Below are positions 52,293 through 61,618 of a stretch of DNA of 64,000 nt, in pieces (the first letter of the stretch is position 1; each line of letters starts with the position of its first letter). The translations under genes and the position numbers were made by a program. The notes below the pieces were generated by a model, which was not told the origin of the DNA, searched no databases, and saw only the letters and a list, made by a program, of their open reading frames with translations. Origin of the DNA: Actinomycetota bacterium. Lineage in GTDB: Bacteria; Actinomycetota; UBA4738; HRBIN12. The stretch is from assembly GCA_040880745.1 (NCBI GenBank), contig JBBDHX010000010.1, positions 93,040 through 157,039 of the forward strand, in the 5' to 3' direction.

Positions 52293-53852
52293 ATGCTCGA
52301 CCTGGTGATCGCGAACGCGTCGATCGTGGACGGCAGCGGCGCCGAGCCCTTCGCCGGCTGGATCGGCGTCCGTGGTGACCGGATCGTGGCCGTCGAGCGG
52401 ACCGGCAACGTGCCCGGTGCGGCGCGCTTGATCGACGCGGGTGGCGCGACCCTGGCTCCCGGCTTCGTCGACGTGCACAACCATTCGGACCTCTCCCCGT
52501 TCGTGCTGCCCGCGATGCCGAGCACGATCCGTCAGGGCGTCACGTCCGTCGTGGTCGGCAACTGCGGATCATCACCGTGGCCGCTCGCGGGCTGGGACGG
52601 ATCCGTGTCGCTCGCCTATGCCGAGCCTGACGATCACCCTCGACCGGCTTGGACGACCTGGAGCGACTTCCTCGACGCGATCGACGACGCCCAGCCGGCC
52701 GTGAACGTCGCCGCGCTCGTCGGTCATGGGACGGTGCGCCAGGAGGTGATGGGGCAGGCTGCGGGTGAGCCCTCGCCCGATGCACTGGAGCAGATGACAC
52801 GCCTCGTACGCGACGCGGTGGCTCGGGGCGCGGTCGGCGTATCGACGGGGCTGATCTACGTGCCCGGGATCCACAGCGGCACCGAGGAGATCGTCGCGGT
52901 CGCGGCAGCGGCCGCTGCGGAGGGTGGCCTGTACGCCAGCCATATCCGCGGCGAGGGGCGAGACCTGTTCCCGGCTGTGAACGAGGCCATCAGGGTCGGC
53001 GAGCGAGCGAGTATCGACGTGCACATCAGTCATCTGAAGTGCGAGTCATCTCGCGTATGGGGGCGAGCGAGCGGACTCCTCGAGACGATCCGCGCCGCGG
53101 GCGCGACGGGTGATCAGTACCCCTACGCGGCGTGGAACTCCTCGCTGGCCTCGCTGTTGCCACCCTGGGCACCGCTCGCGCACGTTGCCTCGATCGCCCA
53201 TGGCGACGGCCAGCGTCTGCGGCAAGCGGTCGAGGACGGCGAGCCCGGGTTCCAGTCCTCCGTCGACGGTGTGGGTTGGGACAAGATCGTGATCAGCCAG
53301 ACCGCCGATGCGCGCTACCAGGGGCTGAGCCTCACCGGGGTGGCCGACGCCTTGGCGTGCGAGCCGTTCGACGCCCTGGTGATGTTGCTGACCGAGGATC
53401 CGGACACCGCGTGCATCGGCCATGCCATGCATCGAGACGATGTCACGACGATCCTCACCGACACCGGTGTGTTCGTGGCATCCGACGCGTCCGCGATCGA
53501 TCCGACTTCACCGGCGGGCTCGTTCGCCGTGCATCCGCGCGACTACGGCACGTTCCCACGCGCGCTGGAGGCCTGCCGTGATGCGGACCTGCTCCCGCTC
53601 GAAGCCGTCGTGCGGAAGATGACGTCCTTGCCGGCCGAGCGGTTCGGGCTCACAGATCGCGGGCGGAGCGTGGGGGGTGCCTTCGCCGACCTGGTGCTCT
53701 TTGTCCCGAACGACGTCCGTGATGTCGCGACCTACACGGCGCCGCACGCGTTCCCCGAAGGGATCAGCACGGTGATCGTGAACGGGTCCGTAGCCTGGGA
53801 GTGGAGACGCGACGACATCGCGCGAGCCGGGCGGGCGCTCCGCCGGACCTGA
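52293..53852 (+). CDS. N-acyl-D-amino-acid deacylase (D-aminoacylase) family amidohydrolase
   Basis: I start at the ATG at 52293 (MLDLVIANASIVDGSG...). The metal motif is GFVDVHNHSD. Further blocks are GLYASHIRGEG and HISHLK. The C-terminal beta-barrel end is ADLVLF...VIVNG. Confidence 0.85.
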   Translation: MLDLVIANASIVDGSGAEPFAGWIGVRGDRIVAVERTGNVPGAARLIDAGGATLAPGFVDVHNHSDLSPFVLPAMPSTIRQGVTSVVVGNCGSSPWPLAGWDGSVSLAYAEPDDHPRPAWTTWSDFLDAIDDAQPAVNVAALVGHGTVRQEVMGQAAGEPSPDALEQMTRLVRDAVARGAVGVSTGLIYVPGIHSGTEEIVAVAAAAAAEGGLYASHIRGEGRDLFPAVNEAIRVGERASIDVHISHLKCESSRVWGRASGLLETIRAAGATGDQYPYAAWNSSLASLLPPWAPLAHVASIAHGDGQRLRQAVEDGEPGFQSSVDGVGWDKIVISQTADARYQGLSLTGVADALACEPFDALVMLLTEDPDTACIGHAMHRDDVTTILTDTGVFVASDASAIDPTSPAGSFAVHPRDYGTFPRALEACRDADLLPLEAVVRKMTSLPAERFGLTDRGRSVGGAFADLVLFVPNDVRDVATYTAPHAFPEGISTVIVNGSVAWEWRRDDIARAGRALRRT

Positions 53853-53854
53853 AG

Positions 53855-53928
53855 AGCCGGCGGACGGATTCGAACCGTCGACCTACCGATTACAAATCGG
53901 TTGCGCTACCGGGCTGCGCCACGCCGGC
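53855..53928 (-). tRNA. tRNA-Thr (anticodon UGU)
   Basis: The reverse complement folds as a cloverleaf. The acceptor stem is GCCGGCG/CGCCGGC and the D stem is GCGC/GCGC. The anticodon stem ACCGA/TCGGT carries the loop TT-TGT-AA, and the T arm is GACGG-TTCGAAT-CCGTC. The discriminator is T, and no CCA is encoded. Confidence 0.95.
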
Positions 53929-53939
53929 CTCGCGCGAGT

Positions 53940-54377
53940 CTACCGCCGGTGGAACGACGGACCGCTCGCGACGACCGCCCAGATCACGAACCCGCTGAGG
54001 GCCATCGACATCAAGCCGCTCGTGGCGGCGCTCGTCGCTTGGATCACGCCGAGGACCACGCCGAGCCCACCCATCACCAGCCCGGCCACACGACCGATCG
54101 GCGACATCGTGATGAGGAGCACCGCCGCGATCAGCTGCGCGGCCGCGAGCACCAGATACAGCGGACCGATCGACCCCGCCTGCTCGAAGAGCACCACGAA
54201 CAGGGCGTTCATCGCGCCCGCGACGAAGAGCACGAGCGCAGCGGTGCTGACCACCGCGGGACGGCGGACCCGCGGGGCCTCCGCGGGCACAGGCACCTCG
54301 AAGTCCTCGAAGGACCGACGAGGCGGTTCGTCTGGGGACCCGGGCGGGGTCCAAGGCGGATCCACGGCGCCCATCAT
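53940..54377 (-). CDS. Small membrane protein (3-4 hydrophobic segments)
   Basis: The ATG at 54377 forms an ATGA overlap with the rlmB stop. A Pro-rich N-terminus is followed by AALVLFVAGAMNALFVVLF and LYLVLAAAQLIAAVLLI. Confidence 0.6.
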   Translation of the reverse strand: MMGAVDPPWTPPGSPDEPPRRSFEDFEVPVPAEAPRVRRPAVVSTAALVLFVAGAMNALFVVLFEQAGSIGPLYLVLAAAQLIAAVLLITMSPIGRVAGLVMGGLGVVLGVIQATSAATSGLMSMALSGFVIWAVVASGPSFHRR

Positions 54378-55114
54378 GCCCCAGCCCTGGAGACGAGCAC
54401 GTAGCCGTAGAGCACGGCCGCGAGCGACGCCGCCGCGTTGAGCGAGTCGACCTTGCCGTGCATGGGAAGCGCCACGAGTCGATCGCACGACTCCTTGACC
54501 AGACGGGACATCCCGGTCCCCTCGCTGCCGATCACGACGGCGATCCGGCCCGTCGGGCATGGCTCGTGGTAGACCGAGACCGGCGCTGTGGCATCCAGGC
54601 CGACCACCGTGAACCCCTCGTCCTGCAGGCGCAGCAGCGCCCGCGAGATGTTGGCCACGCGTGCGTGCGGCAGGTGTGCCAGCGCACCTGCGGACGCTCG
54701 CATCGCCGCGTCCGTCACCGGCGCGGAGCGGCGCACCCTCGTCACCAGCATCGAAGCACCGGCCGCCTCCGCCGAGCGCGCGGACGCCCCGAGGTTCTGC
54801 GGGTCCTCGACGCCATCGAGGACGACGACGATCGCATCCTCTGCGAACGGGAACGACGCCATCTCGCGCTCGCCCAGCTCCCCCACCTGACGGCCGGTTC
54901 GCACACGGGCCACGAACCCGCGGTGGTCGATCGCGAGAGCATCGAGCTCTTCCCGCGAGGCTTCGCGCACGCGGATGCCGCCAGCCCTGGCAGCCGCGAT
55001 CACCTCGAGCGAGGCAGGGCTCTCGCGGCCGCCACGCACCACCAGGACCTCGCTCACGCGCCCCGAACGGATCGACTCCATGACGGCACGTTTGCCGGAG
55101 ACGATCGTGCTCAC
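54374..55114 (-). CDS. rlmB: 23S rRNA (guanosine-2'-O)-methyltransferase RlmB (SpoU/TrmH family)
   Basis: The GTG at 55114 forms a GTGA overlap with the ispF stop. Motifs seen: VVLDGVEDPQNLGASARSAEAAG, VIGSEGTGMS, and IPMHGKV-like LPMHGKVDSLNAA. Confidence 0.88.
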   Translation of the reverse strand: MSTIVSGKRAVMESIRSGRVSEVLVVRGGRESPASLEVIAAARAGGIRVREASREELDALAIDHRGFVARVRTGRQVGELGEREMASFPFAEDAIVVVLDGVEDPQNLGASARSAEAAGASMLVTRVRRSAPVTDAAMRASAGALAHLPHARVANISRALLRLQDEGFTVVGLDATAPVSVYHEPCPTGRIAVVIGSEGTGMSRLVKESCDRLVALPMHGKVDSLNAAASLAAVLYGYVLVSRAGA

Positions 55115-55602
55115 ACCACCACCGCGATGGCCAGGCATCCGATCCCATCAGGCTGCAGACCGAGACCCTCGGGCCTCGTAGCCTTCACGGAAACGTTCTC
55201 GAGGGCTACGCCCAGGACCTCGGCGAGCGCCGAGCGCATCGCCGCACGCTCGGGCGCGATGGACGGCCGGTCGCAGATCACGGAGACGTCGCAGGACCAC
55301 GGACGCGCTCCCGCCTCCGCGAGCACCCCGACGGTGCGGGCAAGGAGTGCCGGGCCCGCGATGCCCTCGAACGCAGGGTCGGTCTCGGGGAAGTGGTCAC
55401 CGACGTCGCCGAGCGCCACGGCCCCCAGGAGCGCATCCGCCAACGCATGACACACGACATCTCCGTCGGAGTGTCCGGCGAGGCCGAGTTCATGGTCGAA
55501 CGGAACGCCACCAAGCACCAGCGGTCGTCCCGCCGAGAACCGATGGACATCGAACCCGAGCCCCGTACGGGGGATCGGCGAGGACCCCCCGGGGTCAGTC
55601 AC
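55111..55602 (-). CDS. ispF: 2-C-methyl-D-erythritol 2,4-cyclodiphosphate synthase
   Basis: Motifs seen: GLGFDVHRF, LAGHSDGDVVCHALADALLGA and GDHFP. There is an 8-nt overlap with ispD. Confidence 0.95.
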   Translation of the reverse strand: MTDPGGSSPIPRTGLGFDVHRFSAGRPLVLGGVPFDHELGLAGHSDGDVVCHALADALLGAVALGDVGDHFPETDPAFEGIAGPALLARTVGVLAEAGARPWSCDVSVICDRPSIAPERAAMRSALAEVLGVALENVSVKATRPEGLGLQPDGIGCLAIAVVV

Positions 55603-56284
55603 CCGGCCCGCTCATGCGTGCCTCGGCATGGGCGAGGTCGAGCATCGTGGTGATCTTCAGGTTGCCGGGGTCACCCGGCACCGTGACCACCTTGCCCGAG
55701 CCCTCCAGGAGCATCGCGTCGTCGGTCACGTCAACGCCGTCCGCCTCGGCCTGCGCATGGGCGGCGCGCAGGGTCTCCAGGGGGAACGCCTGCGGCGTCT
55801 GGGCGAGGGCCAATCCGCTGCGCTCCTCGGTGCCGACCACCAGATCGACGTCGACGCGCTTGACCGTGTCCATGATCGAGAGGACGGGGACTGCGCCCTC
55901 GACCCCTCCGACGACGGCCTCGACCACCGCGGTGAACAGGTCCGGCGGAGCGAACGGCCGGGCTGCATCGTGGATCGCGACCACATCGACATCGTCTCCG
56001 AGTGCCACGAGCGCTTCGCGTACGGAGGCCTGGCGCGTCGGCCCACCGGTCACCACCGTGCAGGGCACCTCGAGGCCCTCGACGCAGAGACGGGCCGTGT
56101 CCTCGTAACCGGCCGGCGCGGTCACCACCACAGCGCCGATGGCGGGCGAAGCCGCGGCCGCGGCCACCGCGACCGACAGCATCGGCCGGTCGCCGATCGA
56201 CAGGAAGGCCTTCGGGATCTCCGCCCCGAGCCGGCGGCCCGCGCCGGCAGCCAGGACGATCGCGACGGCTCGTGTTCCGCTCAC
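55595..56284 (-). CDS. ispD: 2-C-methyl-D-erythritol 4-phosphate cytidylyltransferase
   Basis: Motifs seen: AIVLAAGAGRRLG...PKAFL, VAIHDAARPF and TPQAF. GTG start. Confidence 0.93.
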   Translation of the reverse strand: MSGTRAVAIVLAAGAGRRLGAEIPKAFLSIGDRPMLSVAVAAAAASPAIGAVVVTAPAGYEDTARLCVEGLEVPCTVVTGGPTRQASVREALVALGDDVDVVAIHDAARPFAPPDLFTAVVEAVVGGVEGAVPVLSIMDTVKRVDVDLVVGTEERSGLALAQTPQAFPLETLRAAHAQAEADGVDVTDDAMLLEGSGKVVTVPGDPGNLKITTMLDLAHAEARMSGPGD

Positions 56285-56317
56285 CCGCGGAGCATGCCAG
56301 AGATGGCCCAGGCGGCG

Positions 56318-57415
56318 CTACGGGTCCGTGAGCACCGGATGCGGAACCTCGGGGAGGCTCGCGAAGATCATGCGGCCGGTCGCCGTCTGGATCACGTTGC
56401 GGACCAGCGCCTGCACCTGGCTCCCGATCCGCTCGGCCGCCTGCTGGATCACGACCATGGTGCCGTCGTCGAGATAGCCCACGGCCTGTCCGTGCTCGCG
56501 TCCCTCCTTGACCAGGCGCACGACCAGTTCGTCCCCAGCCGAGTATGGGACGCGGAACTTCGAGGCCAGCGCGTTCACCTGGGCAACCTTCACGCGGAGG
56601 GCTTCGGCCACCCTCGCCAGGTTGTGATCGACGGTGATGAGGGAGGCGCCGCTCTCACGGGCGAGCCGGACCAGGGCGGCGTCCACGTCCATCACGCCGG
56701 CCTCCTCCACGAGCTTGAACTGGACGGTCGGGGACTTCTGAAGCTCGACCAAGGAGTCCAGGCCACGGCGGCCACGGGTGCGCCGGCCGGGGTCGGAAGA
56801 GTCCGAGATGGCCTGTAACTCACGCAGGACGCCGTCGTGCAGCAAGATCGTGCCCGATACGAACCCGGTCGCAACCAGATCGACGATCCTCCCATCGATC
56901 AGCGCGCTCGTATCGACGACGTGCGCTTCGCCGGTACCGCGCGCCGAGGCACGTGGCTTCATCCCGACGAGCGCGAAGATGTCCTCATGTTTGGCTTGGC
57001 CCGTCCGGATCCCGAGGGAACCCATCACCATGAAGATGAACACCGCCCCGGGCCAGGTGAACCGGAACGGCAGGAGGAGAAGTGGGAGACAGAGCAGCAC
57101 CGCCACGACGAGCGCGACCATGAGTCCGACCACGCCGCCGGCCACCTCGGCCGCCGAGCGCCGACGGAGCTCCTTCTCGATGCCGCTCACCGCTTCCAGC
57201 GTCAGACGCCCGGCGACCCCGCCCAGGACGTAGCCGCAGGCAGCACCGAGGAACACGTAGGCGAGGGTGGAGGAGGACTGCTCGTTCTCGGTCGCGAGCA
57301 CGCCGACCCGATATCCCGTGGTGGCGAGGGTGGCCATGACGACGAGGCGGACGCCTTCCACCAGCCGCCCGCGCAACCGCCCGGTCCGCCCCGCGTCTTC
57401 AGCCATCGGCTCCAT
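56318..57415 (-). CDS. PIN/TRAM-domain membrane protein (YacL-like)
   Basis: N-terminal TM segments are followed by the PIN block HVVDTSALIDGRI and a C-terminal TRAM-like block (GREHGQAVGYLDDGTMVVI). Its position upstream of ispDF matches the conserved yacL-ispD-ispF arrangement. Confidence 0.85.
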   Translation of the reverse strand: MEPMAEDAGRTGRLRGRLVEGVRLVVMATLATTGYRVGVLATENEQSSSTLAYVFLGAACGYVLGGVAGRLTLEAVSGIEKELRRRSAAEVAGGVVGLMVALVVAVLLCLPLLLLPFRFTWPGAVFIFMVMGSLGIRTGQAKHEDIFALVGMKPRASARGTGEAHVVDTSALIDGRIVDLVATGFVSGTILLHDGVLRELQAISDSSDPGRRTRGRRGLDSLVELQKSPTVQFKLVEEAGVMDVDAALVRLARESGASLITVDHNLARVAEALRVKVAQVNALASKFRVPYSAGDELVVRLVKEGREHGQAVGYLDDGTMVVIQQAAERIGSQVQALVRNVIQTATGRMIFASLPEVPHPVLTDP

Positions 57416-57429
57416 CCACGCGATCCGAA

Positions 57430-57447
57430 GGGAGGCGAGAGCCTCCC
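57430..57447 (-). terminator. Hairpin GGGAGGC-GAGA-GCCTCCC between carD and the PIN/TRAM gene
   Basis: A 7-bp perfect stem. On the minus strand it is followed by TTCGG. It may attenuate or terminate carD transcripts. Confidence 0.3.
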
Positions 57448-57499
57448 CCTCTCGGGGTCATCGGAACGGGAGCTTCAGAACCTGAGGAAGGGCCCGAGG

Positions 57500-58015
57500 C
57501 TAGGCCTGGGCGGCGACGACCTTGGCGCCGTGGGCGTCATCGAGGATGCCGTCGATCATCGCCTCGGCTTCGTCATCGCTCGTGCCCGTGGCATGCGCGA
57601 GTTCGGAGATGAGGATCTGCCGTGCCTTCGTGATCATGCGCTTCTCGCCGGCTGAAAGACCCTTCTCGCGGTCACGGATGGCGAGATTTCGAAGCACTTC
57701 GGCCACCTCGTACGGGTCACCGGAATGAAGCTTCTCGAGGTTGTTCTTGAACCGGCGACTCCAGTTGGCTGCCACGGAGGTCTCGTCTTCCGTGAGCACC
57801 TTCAGGACCTTCTTGACCTCGTTCTTGCTGACGCAAGGCCGCAAACCGACCTGCTCGGTCGAGTCCGTGGGAACGAGCACCGTCAGGTCGCCGTAGACCA
57901 CCCGAAGGACGAGGTACTTCCGCTTCTCCCCGAGGAACTCCTTCTCCCGAACCTCTTCGATCAGTGCAGCGCCGTGCTCTGGATGCACGACGGTCTCGCC
58001 CTTTCGGAACGCCAC
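57500..58015 (-). CDS. carD: CarD-family RNA-polymerase-binding transcription regulator
   Basis: The product shows FRKGETVVHPEHGAALIEEVREKEFLGEKRKYLVLR...NWSRRFKNNLEKLHSGDPYEVAEVLRNL. Confidence 0.95.
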   Translation of the reverse strand: MAFRKGETVVHPEHGAALIEEVREKEFLGEKRKYLVLRVVYGDLTVLVPTDSTEQVGLRPCVSKNEVKKVLKVLTEDETSVAANWSRRFKNNLEKLHSGDPYEVAEVLRNLAIRDREKGLSAGEKRMITKARQILISELAHATGTSDDEAEAMIDGILDDAHGAKVVAAQA

Positions 58016-58155
58016 GAACCCTCCCTTGCGAAGATGTCCAGGATAGGCGGAGCCGGGATGAACTCGTCAGTAGGGTAGCACCCATACACATTCCAGGGCA
58101 ACCCGAAACCGCAGGTCAGAGTGTGTATCTCTTGCCTCGACGGGCAGCGTACGGT

Positions 58156-59505
58156 CTACGCCGGAAGGCTCTTCGGGTGCTCCGAGCGGGCCCCTGCGCA
58201 CCAGGTCAGCGCCTGTGCGAGGCGCTGGACGGTCACGATGCGCAGGCCCTCGAGCGCGGCAGCGCGACCTTCCGGGACGTACGCCACCCGGCACCCGGCG
58301 GCCCGGGCGGCGGCGAGCCGCTGGTGCATCGCCGGCGCAGGCCGGATGAGCCCGGTGAGCGCTACCTCACCGACGAACGCTGCCCCCTGCGGCGGTGCGA
58401 CGCCCGTGGCCGCCGAGGCCAGTGCGGCTGCGATAGCGAGGTCACAGGCGGGATCATCGACACGGACGCCCCCCGAGGCGGCTCCGAATAGTTCGGTACG
58501 CCCCAGCGAGAGCCCGAGGGTCCGCTCGAGCACGGCGGCCACCAATTGGAACCGGCGCGGGTCCAACCCCGTGGCCTGCCGCCGCCCGGGGCCCTCGGTG
58601 GTCCCCACCAGGGCCTGGACCTCGACCGCCAGGGCTCTGCGACCGCGTTGGGGGAGCGCGATGGCGGCCCCCGGGAGGCGCTCACCCGGAACGAGGAGGG
58701 CCGACGGGTCGATCGGCACCAAGCCCGCCGTGCCCATCTCGAACCAGGCGGTCTCCCCTTCGGCACCGAAGCGATTCTTGCCCGCCGCCAAGACGCGGAG
58801 TCCGGACCGGGGATCGCCGTCGAACGACAGGACGACGTCCACGGCGTGCTCCATCGCCCGCGGCCCGGCGAGGTCGCCGTCCTTCGTGACGTGCCCGGTG
58901 AGCACCACGGCGATGCCGGTGTGCTTCGCCAGACCGACCAGGGCGTCCGTGGAGGCCCTGACCTGCGCGACCCCACCGGGCGCGTGGGTCGCATCCGGGT
59001 CGCGGATCGTCTGGATCGAGTCGACGGCCAAGATCGCAGGAGGCGCGGAGGACGCGGCCTGCAGCACCGGTTGCAGTTCCCGGCCCGGGAGGAACTGGAT
59101 GGTGGCGGCGTCGACGCCGATCCGCCGCGCACGGGCGGCGACCTGCCCGCGCGACTCCTCACCCGATGCGAGCAGACACGGCCGACCCGCCGCCGCAAGC
59201 GCCCCGAGGAGATGCAGGAGCAGCGTGGACTTGCCGATGCCGGGCTCGCCGGCCAGCAGGCTCACCGATCCCGGCACGAGGCCACCCCCCAGCACCCTGT
59301 CGAGCCCCTCGATCCCGGTCTCGATCCGTTGCTCATCCTCGGCCACCGGCTGGCCCAACAGCGTGGTGGTCACGGGTGCGAGGCGGGACCCCGTCACTCG
59401 CTCCTCGAGGGTTCCCCAGCCCCCGCACCCCCCACATCTGCCCGCCCACTGTGCGCTCCGCTGTCCGCATGCGGCGCACACGAACTCGACCCTCACCTTC
59501 GCCAT
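58156..59505 (-). CDS. radA: DNA repair protein RadA
   Basis: I start at the ATG at 59505. Motifs seen: the zinc finger FVCAACGQRSAQWAGRCGGCGGW, Walker A GEPGIGKST, KNRFG, and a Lon-like C-terminal domain. The track ORF is over-extended to 60090. Confidence 0.95.
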   Translation of the reverse strand: MAKVRVEFVCAACGQRSAQWAGRCGGCGGWGTLEERVTGSRLAPVTTTLLGQPVAEDEQRIETGIEGLDRVLGGGLVPGSVSLLAGEPGIGKSTLLLHLLGALAAAGRPCLLASGEESRGQVAARARRIGVDAATIQFLPGRELQPVLQAASSAPPAILAVDSIQTIRDPDATHAPGGVAQVRASTDALVGLAKHTGIAVVLTGHVTKDGDLAGPRAMEHAVDVVLSFDGDPRSGLRVLAAGKNRFGAEGETAWFEMGTAGLVPIDPSALLVPGERLPGAAIALPQRGRRALAVEVQALVGTTEGPGRRQATGLDPRRFQLVAAVLERTLGLSLGRTELFGAASGGVRVDDPACDLAIAAALASAATGVAPPQGAAFVGEVALTGLIRPAPAMHQRLAAARAAGCRVAYVPEGRAAALEGLRIVTVQRLAQALTWCAGARSEHPKSLPA

Positions 59506-59550
59506 GGCCTCGACCCTAGGCTCAGCCACCGACACGCTAGGCTCGCGGTG

Positions 59551-60123
59551 ATGTCCGTTCGAACGGTGAACGTGCTCTTCGCGATCCTCGCGCTGATCGC
59601 GCTCGCCGGTGTCGTGACGTGGACCGCGGCCGCTCTCGCCTCCCGCGTCGGCATGCCGGGCATCCGCGACCGCCTGTGGAGCCGAACCGCCGAGGTCGCA
59701 CTCCCGCTGGCCGCGCTGGTCGCGGTGGTCGCCACCGTCGGCAGCCTCTACGAGTCCGAGGTGGCGGGATTCACCCCGTGCGCCCTGTGCTGGTACCAGC
59801 GGACCGCGATGTACCCGTTGGCCGTTATCCTCCCGATCGCGGCCGTGCGGCAGGATCGAAGGGTCCGCTCTTACGCCCTCCCGCTGACCCTCATCGGGGC
59901 CCTGATCTCGGCCTACCACTACCAACTGGAATGGTTCCCCGAACAGGCGTCCCCCGCCTGCACGCTCGACGCGCCCTGCACGGTCGTGTGGGTCCGCGAA
60001 CTGGGGTTCGTCTCGATCCCTTTCATGGCCCTCTGTGGGTTCCTCGCGGTCGCGTGGCTGACGTGGATCGCGGGACAGCGCCCAGCCCAAGATGCCCTGC
60101 GCGCCAACGACACCTTCCCCTGA
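59551..60123 (+). CDS. DsbB/BdbC-family disulfide bond formation protein
   Basis: I start at the ATG at 59551. It has four hydrophobic segments. The first Cys pair is in TPCALCWYQR and the second in PACTLDAPC. Confidence 0.8.
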   Translation: MSVRTVNVLFAILALIALAGVVTWTAAALASRVGMPGIRDRLWSRTAEVALPLAALVAVVATVGSLYESEVAGFTPCALCWYQRTAMYPLAVILPIAAVRQDRRVRSYALPLTLIGALISAYHYQLEWFPEQASPACTLDAPCTVVWVRELGFVSIPFMALCGFLAVAWLTWIAGQRPAQDALRANDTFP

Positions 60124-60271
60124 TCGGGGCCGCTGTCAGACCTGCAGGGTAGGGTCGTGGTCACGGTCGGGTGAGGACGAAAGGGTCACGCTCGTGGGCC
60201 GAACGTCGCGCGTGCCCCCGAGGGGCTTGGCCCCGGCTCGAACGTGCCGATACCGATCGAGTGAGGCCCAT

Positions 60272-60607
60272 ATGCGAGTGGTCAAGATCGACTTCGACGG
60301 GATCGATCGGGTCGAGGCGGAAGCCCCGGCTCCAGACGTCGATGACCTCCAACCGCTGGTGATGGTCACCTGGCGTGACGCCTACTTCGACTTCGACCAG
60401 CAGGGCGCGGATGACTCGCGCGCCGACTACCTCGTGCATACCGTCGGGTTCCTCCTGAGCGACGGAGCCAAGTTCATCTCGCTCGCACAAGAGGTGTTGC
60501 CCGACGGCGACGGCTACCGCGCCGTCACGCACATCCCACGTTCCATCGTCGAATCGATGGTGCGGCTGCAGCCCGAGGACCTCGACCCCGACGACACCGA
60601 GGTGTAG
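60272..60607 (+). CDS. Acidic hypothetical protein (111 aa)
   Basis: The ATG at 60272 has GAGG 7 nt upstream. The product is MRVVKIDFDGIDRVEAEAPAPDVDDLQPLVMVTWRDAYFDF... It shows coding-type third-position G/C. Confidence 0.55.
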   Translation: MRVVKIDFDGIDRVEAEAPAPDVDDLQPLVMVTWRDAYFDFDQQGADDSRADYLVHTVGFLLSDGAKFISLAQEVLPDGDGYRAVTHIPRSIVESMVRLQPEDLDPDDTEV

Positions 60608-60797
60608 AGTCCCTGGCCTGGCGCCACGTCGCGCCGTAACGACCAGGACCGGAAGGGGGGATGTGTCATGAACGCGACCATCGCATCCGTCATCGTGCCG
60701 CGTCCCTCCGCACACGCCTGAGCCATACCGGCTCTCGCCTCTCGCTCGGGACGTGGTTCCCGCACGTCCACACCACCGAGCACGGGAGGCATACGCG

Positions 60798-61553
60798 TTG
60801 CGACACGAGGCGTTCGAGCACTTCTTCGACGAGGGACTCGTCGAACGACACCTGAAACCGCTGAAGCACGGCAAGGAGGCGAGCGTCCACCTGTTCCGTG
60901 CGAACCCACGAACCACGGGCGAGGACCTCGTCGCGCTCAAGCTGTATCACCCGCTGGACCGCCGCGATTTCCGCGACGAGACCCTCTATCGCGACGGCGA
61001 GTTCATCAAGGAGCGTCGCATCCGCGCAGCGTTGGAGAAGAAGACGCGGTTCGGTCGTGAGGTCCAGGGGGGTCTGTGGGTCTCACGCGAATGGGAGACG
61101 CTCAAGGCACTCGACGGCAAGGTCCCGATCCCTCGTCCGATCGAGACCACCGGTGATGCCATCCTGATGGGATACATCGGTGATGAGGATGTCCCGGCGC
61201 CGCGATTGCATGAGTACCACCACGACGACCTCGAGGAACTCGAGTCACTATGGGATCAGCTCCACCGCGCCATCGTGGGGATGCTCTACCGCGATGTCGT
61301 GCACGGCGACCTGTCGTCCTACAACGTGCTCGTCTGGGACGGCGAGATCGTGCTGATCGACTTCCCGCAGGCCGTGGACCCGAAGAAGAACCGGCACGCA
61401 CAGGCGTTCCTGGAGCGCGACGTCCGGCGGCTCGGCGAATTCTTCGAACACCGGGGGCTGCACCGGCCCTGGGACCGCATCGCGGAGGACCTGTGGACCG
61501 GGTGGACGTTCGCCGACCTGGTGCCCGAAGAGTTGCGCGGACTCCCTTCCTGA
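60798..61553 (+). CDS. RIO-type atypical serine protein kinase (RIO1-like)
   Basis: The TTG at 60798 has GGGAGG 8 nt upstream; the track GTG at 60753 lacks an SD. Motifs seen: GKEASVH, VALKLY, SREWETL, the catalytic VHGDLSSYNVLV, and the metal-binding LIDFPQAV. Confidence 0.85.
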   Translation: MRHEAFEHFFDEGLVERHLKPLKHGKEASVHLFRANPRTTGEDLVALKLYHPLDRRDFRDETLYRDGEFIKERRIRAALEKKTRFGREVQGGLWVSREWETLKALDGKVPIPRPIETTGDAILMGYIGDEDVPAPRLHEYHHDDLEELESLWDQLHRAIVGMLYRDVVHGDLSSYNVLVWDGEIVLIDFPQAVDPKKNRHAQAFLERDVRRLGEFFEHRGLHRPWDRIAEDLWTGWTFADLVPEELRGLPS

Positions 61554-61618
61554 TCCGCCTCGGTGCATGATTCGAGCGTGACCTATGAGCACCAGGCCCT
61601 CGAGCGGCATCTGGATAG

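Noticed and set aside
53855-53928. tRNA-Thr as an integration site for a genomic island (the sulfur operon/D-aminoacylase on one side, the membrane protein/rlmB on the other).
   Set aside because: No integrase or recombinase gene is present. I could not find a direct repeat of the tRNA 3' half anywhere in the window. There is no compositional break. The flanking genes (rlmB-ispF-ispD) are core synteny.
60668-60721. A 17-codon upstream ORF (MNATIASVIVPRPSAHA) with GAAGGGGGG 7 nt upstream, ahead of the RIO kinase gene.
   Set aside because: It is too short to evaluate by composition. I recognise no conserved leader-peptide logic, such as runs of a regulatory amino acid. It could be chance in a 190-nt spacer.
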